A stretch of 64,000 nucleotides of DNA, from positions 416,001 to 480,000 of the forward strand of contig CAVVKJ010000005.1 in assembly GCA_963748815.1 (NCBI GenBank), written 5' to 3'. The notes below the pieces were generated by a model. That model was given only the letters and a program-made list of their open reading frames with translations, did not search any database and was not told the DNA's origin. The DNA is from an uncultured Gemmatimonadales bacterium. GTDB lineage: Bacteria > Gemmatimonadota > Gemmatimonadetes > Gemmatimonadales > GWC2-71-9. Shown piece by piece: positions 42,281 to 50,703 of the stretch. How positions within the stretch are numbered: position 1 is the first letter of the stretch; the number at the start of each line of letters is the position of its first letter. Made by a program: the position numbers and the translations under genes.

Positions 42281-44128
42281 CTACGGCTCGTCGACCTCGA
42301 TCCGCGCATCGACTTCCCGCCCGATCCGGCGGGCCGCTTCCAGGTGCTCGGTGAGGCCGGGTCCGGCGGCCTGACCAGCCGACAACCTGAGGAGGTCGAT
42401 GCGCAGGTTCTCGAGCGCGGAGAGGGCGGTGGCCAACTTCGCACCCCCGGCATTTCGCGCCGATTCGAGGTCGCGCACCACGTCGGTCCGCCCCGCCGCC
42501 TCACCCAGCGCACGGGTCAGGGCAAGCTCCTGCCGCCGGAGCGCCTGGACGTCTCCTTCCAGCTGTCGAAGGAGTGCCGGCACTTCCGCGAGCTGGCGTC
42601 GCTCCGCGGGCGGCAGGGCGGCGTAGAGCGCCTCCGCGGCCCGCCCAAGCGCCACCTCGGTCGGCTCGTTCGCGGCGGGCAACGCCCGGGCTTCCCGGCC
42701 GCCCGCCAACCGCACCATCCACCGTCCCAATCGCCCCGCCCACCACCGATCCCACCAGCTCGGCCCCTTGGCCGTTGGTGCGGTGAGCCGCGCGGCCGCC
42801 CAGCGGCCGGCGCTCAGGGGAATGAAGATGACCGCCAGGTCGGCGGCGATCTGCGCCAGGTCCCACCACTGATTGCCGGCGCCGCCGATCCACAACCATG
42901 CCAACCCGGCCACGCCAAACCCACCGAGCCACCCCAGCGCGGTGGCGAACTTTGCCGCGGGGGTCACCTGTTCCCGATCTTCGTCCACGCCGAGCAGGGC
43001 AGCCCGAATGTCCTCGTACCCGTAGCCGCGGCGAATGGCGTCGCGGATGGCGCGAAACGCCGTGATCTTCCGGACCCCAGCGAGGCTGATCATCCCCAGC
43101 CCGACGCCAACCCGCATCAGCGTGAGGAAAGCGTCCTCGAGACCGAACGGACGGACATAGGGACCGAGAAGCACGGACGCCAGCACCAGGAGCAGGACGC
43201 TTCCATACCCGCCCAAGTCGGTTCCGAGATCGTGCAACTCCCGCGCAGCACGCGCAACCGGTGCGGGTGTCGCCACCAGGGCTGGGAGGGTCGTCCCGAG
43301 CGCCGCCGCCAGCTCCTCGCCAGAGGCGTAGCGATCCGCGGGCGACTTGGCCAGGCAGCGCTCGATGGCGTGTGCCAATGCCGCCGGCAGATCGGGCCGG
43401 AGCCCGAGGACCGGCGGGGGGGGCTGCGTCAGGTGTTGGGCCAGGACCGATGCGGCCGATTCTCCCTCAAACGGCCATTGGCCGGTGGCCGCCAGAAACG
43501 CGGCGACCCCGAGCGAGTAGAGGTCGCTCCGACCGTCCACCGGCTCTCCCGCCGCCTGTTCCGGGCTCACGGCGCGCGCCGTGCCCACGACCTGCCCTGC
43601 CGGCGTGTCCGCTGCGTCGCCGCGGACGTGCGCAATACCGAAATCGGTCACCATCGAGCGGCCACCCTCGCGCTCCAGGAGGATGTTTTCCGGTTTCACG
43701 TCCCGGTGTACCACCCCCTGCCGATGGGCGTACGCGAGCGCCCACGCGACTTCGCGGACGACTTGCGTCACCTCCGCGGCTGGCAGCCTGCCCAGGCGGC
43801 GGATCCGTGCGCCGAGCGTCTCGCCTGCCACGTATCCCATCACGAAGAAGACCAGCCCATCCGATTCTTCCACTGAATGGATCGGCACGATATTCGGGTG
43901 GGAGAGCCGCGCTGCGGTCCTTGCCTCGCGGAGGAAGCGGGCGCGCCGATCAGCGGATGCCGCGAGCGCCGGCGGGAGCAGCTTGATGGCCACCAGCCGG
44001 TCGAGGGCCAGGTCCCGGGCCAGGAACACGATCCCCATGCCCCCGCGGCCCAGCTCTCGCTCGATCGCGTAGCGACCGGCAACGGCCTCCTGCAGCGTGA
44101 GCAGCTCCGGGGCTGGCGCCGACGGCAT
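42281..44128 (-). CDS. Hanks-type serine/threonine protein kinase with C-terminal TM region
   Basis: LGRGGMGIV, VAIK, HRDVKPEN, DFG, DLYSLG. Confidence 0.93.
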   Translation of the reverse strand: MPSAPAPELLTLQEAVAGRYAIERELGRGGMGIVFLARDLALDRLVAIKLLPPALAASADRRARFLREARTAARLSHPNIVPIHSVEESDGLVFFVMGYVAGETLGARIRRLGRLPAAEVTQVVREVAWALAYAHRQGVVHRDVKPENILLEREGGRSMVTDFGIAHVRGDAADTPAGQVVGTARAVSPEQAAGEPVDGRSDLYSLGVAAFLAATGQWPFEGESAASVLAQHLTQPPPPVLGLRPDLPAALAHAIERCLAKSPADRYASGEELAAALGTTLPALVATPAPVARAARELHDLGTDLGGYGSVLLLVLASVLLGPYVRPFGLEDAFLTLMRVGVGLGMISLAGVRKITAFRAIRDAIRRGYGYEDIRAALLGVDEDREQVTPAAKFATALGWLGGFGVAGLAWLWIGGAGNQWWDLAQIAADLAVIFIPLSAGRWAAARLTAPTAKGPSWWDRWWAGRLGRWMVRLAGGREARALPAANEPTEVALGRAAEALYAALPPAERRQLAEVPALLRQLEGDVQALRRQELALTRALGEAAGRTDVVRDLESARNAGGAKLATALSALENLRIDLLRLSAGQAAGPGLTEHLEAARRIGREVDARIEVDEP

Positions 44129-44937
44129 CAGTAGAGTTCCGGTACCGGTGTGGCCATGAGCTCGCGGGGGGAGCGCTTCCGCGGACGCCGCCGCCGGGGA
44201 AGGACGAACGCCTCCTGCTTTGCTTTCTTGTAAGGCACCTGCGCCAGGAGGTGGCTGATGATGTTCAACCGGGCCCGGCGCTTGTCGTCGGAATGCGCGA
44301 TGTGCCACGGCGCCCAGGCGGTGTGCGACGCCGCGAACATGTCGTCGCGGGCGTCGGTATAGTCGTCCCAGCGGGTGTAGGAGGCGAGGTCGATCGGCGA
44401 CAGCTTCCAGGTCTTGCGCCCGTCCTTGATCCGGTCGTTCAGGCGACGCGTCTGTTCCTCCTGGCTCACCTCGAGCCAGTACTTGATGAGGATGATGCCC
44501 GATTCGACCATCAGCTTCTCCACGCCGGGCGCGGCGTCGAGAAAGCGACGGGTCTCCCCCAGGGTGCAGAATCCCATGACCCGTTCGACACCCGCCCGGT
44601 TGTACCAGCTCCGGTCGAAAATCACGACCTCCCCGGCCGACGGGAAATGCGCGACGTAGCGCTGCAGGTACATCTGGGTCTTTTCCTGTTCGCTGGGCGC
44701 GGGGAGTGCGACCACCCGGAAGGTGCGGGGGCTCACGCGCTCCGTGATCGCCTTGATGGCGCCCCCCTTGCCTGCGCCGTCGCGCCCTTCGAACACGACG
44801 CACACCTTCAGCCCCTTCTTACGCACCCAGTCCTGCAGGTGCACCAGCTCGACGTGCAGGCGCCTGAGCTCCTTCTCATAGGCCTTGCGGCGCAATTCGC
44901 CGTTGCGATCGGTCTTCCTTCTCTGCTTTTGGCCCAT
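44128..44937 (-). CDS. ppk2: polyphosphate kinase 2
   Basis: FEGRDGAGKGG, FDRSWYNRAGVERVMGFC, WKLSP. Confidence 0.95.
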   Translation of the reverse strand: MGQKQRRKTDRNGELRRKAYEKELRRLHVELVHLQDWVRKKGLKVCVVFEGRDGAGKGGAIKAITERVSPRTFRVVALPAPSEQEKTQMYLQRYVAHFPSAGEVVIFDRSWYNRAGVERVMGFCTLGETRRFLDAAPGVEKLMVESGIILIKYWLEVSQEEQTRRLNDRIKDGRKTWKLSPIDLASYTRWDDYTDARDDMFAASHTAWAPWHIAHSDDKRRARLNIISHLLAQVPYKKAKQEAFVLPRRRRPRKRSPRELMATPVPELY

Positions 44938-44951
44938 CTTCCCCCCTTGTT

Positions 44952-45001
44952 CACGAACTCACGAAACCACGAAACCCGCTTCCCCGCTTCCCCGCTTCCC
45001 C
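44952..45001. repeat. compound tandem repeat (CACGAA[C/A][T/C])x3 plus (GCTTCCCC)x3
   Basis: Read directly in the ppk2/SAM-hydrolase divergent intergenic region. Confidence 0.9.
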
Positions 45002-45015
45002 GCCATATTGCAGCC

Positions 45016-45774
45016 ATGGCTCTGATCACCCTGCTCACCGACTTCGGCACCGCCGATCCCTACGTGGCTGAAATGCGCGGCGTCCTCTACTCCCGCGCGC
45101 CAGGCGTGACCCTGGCCGACATGAGTCACGGGATTCCGCCGGGCGATGTCAACGCAGCGGCCTACCTCTTCGGGCGCACCTGGCACCGATTCCCCATCGG
45201 CACGATCCATCTCGTGGTCGTCGATCCCGGTGTGGGGACGGGGCGGGCCGCGCTGGCGTTTTCCGGTGCGGGGCACTGGTTTGTCGGGCCCGACAACGGG
45301 GTCTTCACCTCGGCACTGGACCGGGCCGACGCCCCCCTGATGGCGATCTCGGCCGGGCCGGGCGCCGCCCCCACCTTCCACGGCCGCGACCTCTTTTCCC
45401 CGACTGCCGCGGCGCTTGCCCTCGGCGCCCCCCTGGCATCGCTCGGCGAGCCGCTGCCGACCCTCCCGGTGCGGCTGACCCTGCCGGCGCCCTTCTACGA
45501 GGGAAAGACCGTCGTCGGTGAGGTCATTTCTGTCGACCGCTTCGGCAATCTTGTCACCAATCTGACGTCGGCGGAAGTGCCGCCATATGCGGTCGTGGAG
45601 GTGGACGAAACCGAGGTGGGACCGCTCCGCCGCACCTTCAGCGATGTCGACAGTGGATCGCTGCTCGCGTACGTGGGTTCAGGTGGGCAGGTCGAAATTG
45701 CGGTCCGGGACGGCTCCGCCGCACGACGAATCGGGCTTGGGGTGGGTGGGCGGGTGCGTGCCCGCCTCGGGTGA
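45016..45774 (+). CDS. SAM hydroxide adenosyltransferase (DUF62, chlorinase/fluorinase family)
   Basis: ITLLTDFG, VVDPGVGT, GPDNG, TFHGRDLF, DRFGNL. Confidence 0.9.
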   Translation: MALITLLTDFGTADPYVAEMRGVLYSRAPGVTLADMSHGIPPGDVNAAAYLFGRTWHRFPIGTIHLVVVDPGVGTGRAALAFSGAGHWFVGPDNGVFTSALDRADAPLMAISAGPGAAPTFHGRDLFSPTAAALALGAPLASLGEPLPTLPVRLTLPAPFYEGKTVVGEVISVDRFGNLVTNLTSAEVPPYAVVEVDETEVGPLRRTFSDVDSGSLLAYVGSGGQVEIAVRDGSAARRIGLGVGGRVRARLG

Positions 45775-45779
45775 GGCCG

Positions 45780-46634
45780 TCAGTCCGCCCACTCGACCGT
45801 CACGCCGCCCAGGGACGTGGTCAGGTCGACCGTCAGGTGGCGCTCGGCGCCGGCGTCGTTGTTCGAGACGTACCGATTGCCCTGCCGCGTGAACCCCACG
45901 GGCTGGAATGACGCCAGGAACTGCTCGGTCGTGATGGTCACGCCGATGGTCCGGGGCACGCGGAGCGTCAGCCCTCCGACCGCCACCGTCGCGCTCAGGA
46001 TCGCGTCGCCACTCCAGCGCCCCGAGTAGTCCAGCACCACGCTTCCCATCCCCCCTTCGAACGTCACCCGATCGCACCGGCTGTTCCCCAGCCCGAGCAC
46101 CGAGAGTTCCGCGACGCCAGCGCGCAACACGGCGCTCGTGCACCGCATCGGGTTGGGCTTCGAGAACCGCACCTCGGTCTGGCTCGCGCCGGTCTCGAGG
46201 GTCAGGGACGAGAGGCGGAGTCCGCCGAGATCGATTAGCGACTTGGCCGCGCCAATTTGCATGGATAGGTCGAGGTCGGCCTGGGGGGAAAACTGGATGC
46301 TGGCCACCTGGTTCTGCGCAGTGCCGCCGACCCCGATGCTCCCGCTCTCGCGGTTGGTCAGACCCAGGGTCACCGTGCTGGTGCCCGGGGCCCATTGGCT
46401 GACCGGCTGAAACCGTTCTGCGTCGTAGGAGAGTTGCATCGCATAGAGCGACGCCGGCGCACCGGCGCCCACGGTGAGCGTGCCGCCGCCGAACTCGATC
46501 TTCGCCGCCAGCCTGACCTCGCCGTGAAATTGGCGGGTGGTGCTGAACCGCTTGAGTCCCTGCGCCGCGAGCGAGCCCGTTCCTGCCGTCACAAACGCCA
46601 GCAGCAGGAATCCGGCGGCGTGCGGGTGGCGCAT
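45780..46634 (-). CDS. secreted beta-repeat (DUF2154/toast-rack-like) protein
   Basis: Signal peptide; IDLGGLRLSSLTLETGAS-type repeats. Confidence 0.6.
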   Translation of the reverse strand: MRHPHAAGFLLLAFVTAGTGSLAAQGLKRFSTTRQFHGEVRLAAKIEFGGGTLTVGAGAPASLYAMQLSYDAERFQPVSQWAPGTSTVTLGLTNRESGSIGVGGTAQNQVASIQFSPQADLDLSMQIGAAKSLIDLGGLRLSSLTLETGASQTEVRFSKPNPMRCTSAVLRAGVAELSVLGLGNSRCDRVTFEGGMGSVVLDYSGRWSGDAILSATVAVGGLTLRVPRTIGVTITTEQFLASFQPVGFTRQGNRYVSNNDAGAERHLTVDLTTSLGGVTVEWAD

Positions 46635-46636
46635 CG

Positions 46637-47842
46637 TCAGCGAACCGGCGGCGGCGTCTTGTGCTGTCCGGGACGCCGGGCGGCAGGCACGCCGAACTGG
46701 GGCGTGGCCCAGAGGTACTCGTCGGTGAGGGTTTCTGGCGGAATGAACCGGCCGGCGAAGTGCCCGGCCAATCCAAGCCGGCTCAGCAGCGCCGCCCCGA
46801 TGCCGACCGTCAGGAGGAACCAGGTGACCACCGCCGCTGCGCCGAGGGAGATCCAGCCGAACACCGGCACCCAGCCAAACGCCGCCCACCCGGCCCACAG
46901 CACGGCGATGCCGGCCAATCCGGTCACGACATAGCGGTAGCTGCTCGGCGAGCCGAACACCCCCTGGGCGAGCCGCCGGCGCGTGTATTTCTCGCCGAGG
47001 GCGTGCGCGACGCCGAGGAATCCCGCGAGCACCGCGAGGAGCACCAGGAGCACCGACGCGATCACGGCGAAGGGAATCAACAGGATGCCAACCACGCTCA
47101 GGATCAGCCCGAGCACCAGGACCCCCACGGTCGGCAGCACGAGAATCTGCGCCAGGACGCCGACGGCAAGGGAGCGGCCGAAGGTGTGGGTGACGGTGTC
47201 GGAGATGATTTCGAGGTTGGGCTTGCCGAAGAGGACGAGGCCGAAGCCGATGCCGAGCAGGGTCAGGAAGACACCGGCCAGGCCGGCGACGTTGCGCAGC
47301 GCCAGCACGAGGGGCGGGGCGGCGGCGACCGACGCGACCGCCGGATTTCCGTCGTCGAGAGCGCCGAGGGTGCTGATCTCTCCGGTGACCTGGCCGCCGG
47401 CCTGGTTCACCTGCCCGCCGTAGGCGAGGACGCTCCCCGACACGAAGGCCCCCGGATGGAGCGTGATGTCGCCATCGACCGTCACGAGGTTGCCCGCGAG
47501 CCTCCCATACAGGTCGGCGTCCCCGCTCAACACAAGGATGTCCCCCTGGTGCGACTCGCCGGAACCGATGGAATAATTCCCGATGCGGGCCATGCCATCG
47601 GTGACCGTCAGGGCGAACCCCGGCGATCGGGAGTCGCGGAGCAGTTGGGCCAGCAGGGGCTCAAGCCGGGAAGGGACGGAGAGGTTGCTGAGTGAAACGG
47701 TGAGGCCGCCTTCTGCGGCGGATGGGACGGTCTGCGGCGCAGGGTGGGCCGCCTGAATTCGGCTCGGTCCCGCGGCGAGCGGGGACGGGCCGATCAGGAG
47801 GAGCAGGCCCGCCGCGACGAGGGAAAGGTCAGATCTCGGCAT
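46637..47842 (-). CDS. membrane protein with bactofilin-like beta-helix and multi-TM C-terminus
   Basis: GDILVLSGDADLYG...VSGSVLAYGGQV repeats followed by about 5 TM helices. Confidence 0.6.
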   Translation of the reverse strand: MPRSDLSLVAAGLLLLIGPSPLAAGPSRIQAAHPAPQTVPSAAEGGLTVSLSNLSVPSRLEPLLAQLLRDSRSPGFALTVTDGMARIGNYSIGSGESHQGDILVLSGDADLYGRLAGNLVTVDGDITLHPGAFVSGSVLAYGGQVNQAGGQVTGEISTLGALDDGNPAVASVAAAPPLVLALRNVAGLAGVFLTLLGIGFGLVLFGKPNLEIISDTVTHTFGRSLAVGVLAQILVLPTVGVLVLGLILSVVGILLIPFAVIASVLLVLLAVLAGFLGVAHALGEKYTRRRLAQGVFGSPSSYRYVVTGLAGIAVLWAGWAAFGWVPVFGWISLGAAAVVTWFLLTVGIGAALLSRLGLAGHFAGRFIPPETLTDEYLWATPQFGVPAARRPGQHKTPPPVR

Positions 47843-48389
47843 GAGCCACCCGCGGCGTCGGCAGGGCCATCAGGCGTCGGAGCACCAGGACGCCGCCAGC
47901 ATAGGCGACGGTGGTGGCACCGAACACGAGGCCGAGACGGGCGGGCGACTCGAACAGCCCGCGGACCCAGGGGTACCATGGCTGTGCGAGGAGGGTGGAT
48001 CCTGAGGAACGGACCGCCGCCAGCCACAGCCCGCCGATCCCCTGGCCAGCGCCCTGGAGGAGCTGGGAGAGAGTGTCGGCGTTGGCCAGGCTCCACCCCA
48101 CGCTCGCTGCCATCGGCAGGAGCACACCGGCGGCGAGCGCTGCCGCGATGTACACCGGACGGGCCCTGCGCCGCACCTGCACCCGCGCCATGACCCGGTC
48201 GCTGAAGCCAGCAACCGGGCTGAAGAGCGGGAGTGTGCCGAGCAGGTGCGCCAGCGCGCGGTCGGCATCGGCGAGGCGCCGGCAGTCGGCACAGCCGTGC
48301 AGGTGGGCCTCGCGATGGCGCGTGAGGGACCCTGCGAGCCAATCGTCGAGCTCGTCCGGTGTGAGGTGGGTGGCAATGAGGTCCGTCAT
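47829..48389 (-). CDS. zinc-binding (zf-HC2) anti-sigma factor
   Basis: HLHGCADC motif, FSDRVMARV, TM helices; directly downstream of the ECF sigma. Confidence 0.85.
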   Translation of the reverse strand: MTDLIATHLTPDELDDWLAGSLTRHREAHLHGCADCRRLADADRALAHLLGTLPLFSPVAGFSDRVMARVQVRRRARPVYIAAALAAGVLLPMAASVGWSLANADTLSQLLQGAGQGIGGLWLAAVRSSGSTLLAQPWYPWVRGLFESPARLGLVFGATTVAYAGGVLVLRRLMALPTPRVAHAEI

Positions 48390-48424
48390 GACGCCCCTCC
48401 TACGGGCCCGCCGGGCCCGGGGTT

Positions 48425-49030
48425 TCACTGGCGCAAATGCGCCAGGGCCTGCCTGAGTTCACCGCGTGCGCGGTGGATGTATGTCTTCACGGTGCCCAAC
48501 GGGAGGTCGAGCATTGTGGCGATTTCTTCATACGGCCGCCCTTCCACGTGTCGGAGCAGGATGCAGGAGCGATACTCCGGCCGGAGCGAGGCAATGGCCA
48601 CCTCGATCTCGCCGCCGAGTTCCTTGGCCTCAAGCTCCTCGAGGGCGGTCTCCTGCCGGTCTCCCAGCTGGAGCGCGCTGGCCTGAATCGCCTCCGGGGT
48701 CAGGGCGTGCGGGGAGCCGTCGAGCGAGAGGGTATCCAGCTCCCGGCGACGCAGGTGGTCGATGGAGACGTTGTTGGCGATCTTGAAGATCCAGCTGGAG
48801 AACTTGTACTCGGGGCGATACGACTCGATCGCGTTGAGTGCCTTGACGAAGGTCTCCTGGGAGAGATCCTCCGCCTGCTCGCGATTGCGGACCATGCGGT
48901 AGATGAGGGAAAAGATTGGACGTTCATACCGACGCACCAATTCACGGTACGCCGCTTGTCGCCCGGCGCGTGCTTCCAGCACCACGTCCTGATCGGACAG
49001 GGTTGCCAGGTCGACGCCGGGCTTAGCCAC
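48425..49030 (-). CDS. ECF RNA polymerase sigma factor (SigW-like)
   Basis: AEDLSQETF, KFSSWIFKIANN, YEEIA..LDLPLGTVKTYIHRAR. Confidence 0.93.
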   Translation of the reverse strand: MAKPGVDLATLSDQDVVLEARAGRQAAYRELVRRYERPIFSLIYRMVRNREQAEDLSQETFVKALNAIESYRPEYKFSSWIFKIANNVSIDHLRRRELDTLSLDGSPHALTPEAIQASALQLGDRQETALEELEAKELGGEIEVAIASLRPEYRSCILLRHVEGRPYEEIATMLDLPLGTVKTYIHRARGELRQALAHLRQ

Positions 49031-49083
49031 GGGTTTCCCTCCGCCTTGCGGTGGGCTTTCCGTGAAGGGTAGATTGGCCGCCT

Positions 49084-49812
49084 ATGTTAGCCACAGACAG
49101 GAAGTTACCAGTATCGGGCGGCGCGGAAAAGCGCTCCTATGTGCGCGGGATGTTTCACGCCATCGCGCCGAGCTACGATTTCCTCAACCATCTCCTCAGC
49201 CTGAACCTCGACAAGCGGTGGCGCCGACAGGCGGTCCAGCGTCTCAATTGGGAACGAGAGCCATCCGGGCGCTACCTCGATCTCTGCGCGGGCACCCTTG
49301 ATCTCGCCGCCACCCTCGCCCGTCTCCCTGATTTCACCGGGGTGGTCATCGGTTCCGACTTCGTCCCCCGTATGCTCCAGCTGGGCCGGGGGAAGGCGGC
49401 GCGGATCGAGTGCGTGACGGCCGACGCACTGGAGCAGCCCCACGCTGACGCCACCTTTGATGGCGCCACGGTCGGGTTCGGCGTCCGCAACCTGATGGAT
49501 CTCGACGCAGGGCTCCGCGAGACCGCCCGCGTCCTCAAGCCCGGCGCCCGGTTCGTCATCCTCGAGATGAGCATTCCCCCGTGGCAACCGCTGCGCGGGC
49601 TCTTCCTGATGTATTTCCGGTACCTGCTCCCCATGATCGGCCGGCTCGTGTCGCACCACTCCAACGCCTACACCTGGCTACCCGAATCGGTCCTCGCCTT
49701 TCCGGAGCCGAAGGCGCTGGGCGAACGGATGGCGCGCGCCGGCTTTCGGGATGTCACCTGGTCGCTGCTCTTTGGCGGCATCTGCGCCCTCCACGTGGGG
49801 ACGCGCGCGTGA
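49084..49812 (+). CDS. ubiE: demethylmenaquinone methyltransferase
   Basis: MFHAIAPSYDFLN, LDLCAGT, FGVRN, RVLKPG. Confidence 0.92.
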   Translation: MLATDRKLPVSGGAEKRSYVRGMFHAIAPSYDFLNHLLSLNLDKRWRRQAVQRLNWEREPSGRYLDLCAGTLDLAATLARLPDFTGVVIGSDFVPRMLQLGRGKAARIECVTADALEQPHADATFDGATVGFGVRNLMDLDAGLRETARVLKPGARFVILEMSIPPWQPLRGLFLMYFRYLLPMIGRLVSHHSNAYTWLPESVLAFPEPKALGERMARAGFRDVTWSLLFGGICALHVGTRA

Positions 49813-50696
49813 GCGAAGGCCAGACCTTCGCCGGGGAGTCGCTCCTCGTCCGCTACGTCAACTTCGTGAAGTTGCCGCACACCCTCTTCGCGCTCCCGTT
49901 CGCGCTGCTCGGCGTGCTCGCGGCCTCGTTGCAGGCACCGGTGACTTTGCAAGCGGTCGGGCTGGTCGTGGTGGCCTTCACCGCGGCCCGCTGGGTGGCC
50001 ATGGGCTTCAACCGCATCGCCGATCGCGAGTACGACGCGCGGAATCCCCGTACGCAGGACCGGGAACTCCCGCGCGGCGCGCTCTCCGTGCCGCAGGCCT
50101 GGGTCTCGGTGGTGGCCGCCGCGGCGCTGTTCGTCTGGGCGGCGTGGTCCCTCAATCCCCTCTGTTTCTTCCTCAGTCCGTTCGCGCTGCTCTGGGTGAC
50201 GGGATACAGCCTCTCGAAACGATTCACCTGGTGGCCCCACCTCTGGCTCGGCATGAGCCTCGCCATCGCCCCGGTCGGCGGCTGGCTGGCCGTCACCGGT
50301 TCGTGGAGCGATCCGACCTGGTTGCTCCTGTCCATCACGGTGGCGGTGGCGACGTGGGTGGCGGGATTCGACATCTTCTACGCCCTCCCCGACGCCACCT
50401 TCGACCAGGCGAGCGGACTGCGCAGCGCGGTCGTCCGGCTCGGCGAGCCCCGGGCGATCCTCCTGGCCAAACTCCTCCACGGCGCCACGATCCCCGCGCT
50501 GGCCCTCTTCGGATGGGGGGCGGGCTTCGGATGGTGGTACTATGCAGGCGTCGCCGCCGCCGCGGTGATCCTCGCCTACGAACACCAGCTGGTGCAACCC
50601 GGCGATCTCTCGCGGCTCGATGCGGCGTTCTTTCGAATGAACGCGGTGATGTCGGTGACCGTGTTCACGTTCGCCCTACTCGACCGGCTCACGTGA
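49809..50696 (+). CDS. ubiA: UbiA-family polyprenyltransferase (MqnP-like)
   Basis: HTLFALPF, NRIADREYDARNPRT, WVAGFDIFYA. Confidence 0.9.
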   Translation: MSEGQTFAGESLLVRYVNFVKLPHTLFALPFALLGVLAASLQAPVTLQAVGLVVVAFTAARWVAMGFNRIADREYDARNPRTQDRELPRGALSVPQAWVSVVAAAALFVWAAWSLNPLCFFLSPFALLWVTGYSLSKRFTWWPHLWLGMSLAIAPVGGWLAVTGSWSDPTWLLLSITVAVATWVAGFDIFYALPDATFDQASGLRSAVVRLGEPRAILLAKLLHGATIPALALFGWGAGFGWWYYAGVAAAAVILAYEHQLVQPGDLSRLDAAFFRMNAVMSVTVFTFALLDRLT

Positions 50697-50703
50697 GCGC
50701 AGT

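Noticed and set aside
45016..45774. Halogenase (fluorinase/chlorinase) biosynthetic cluster
   Set aside because: Looks like the widespread DUF62 SAM hydrolase type and has no biosynthetic neighbours
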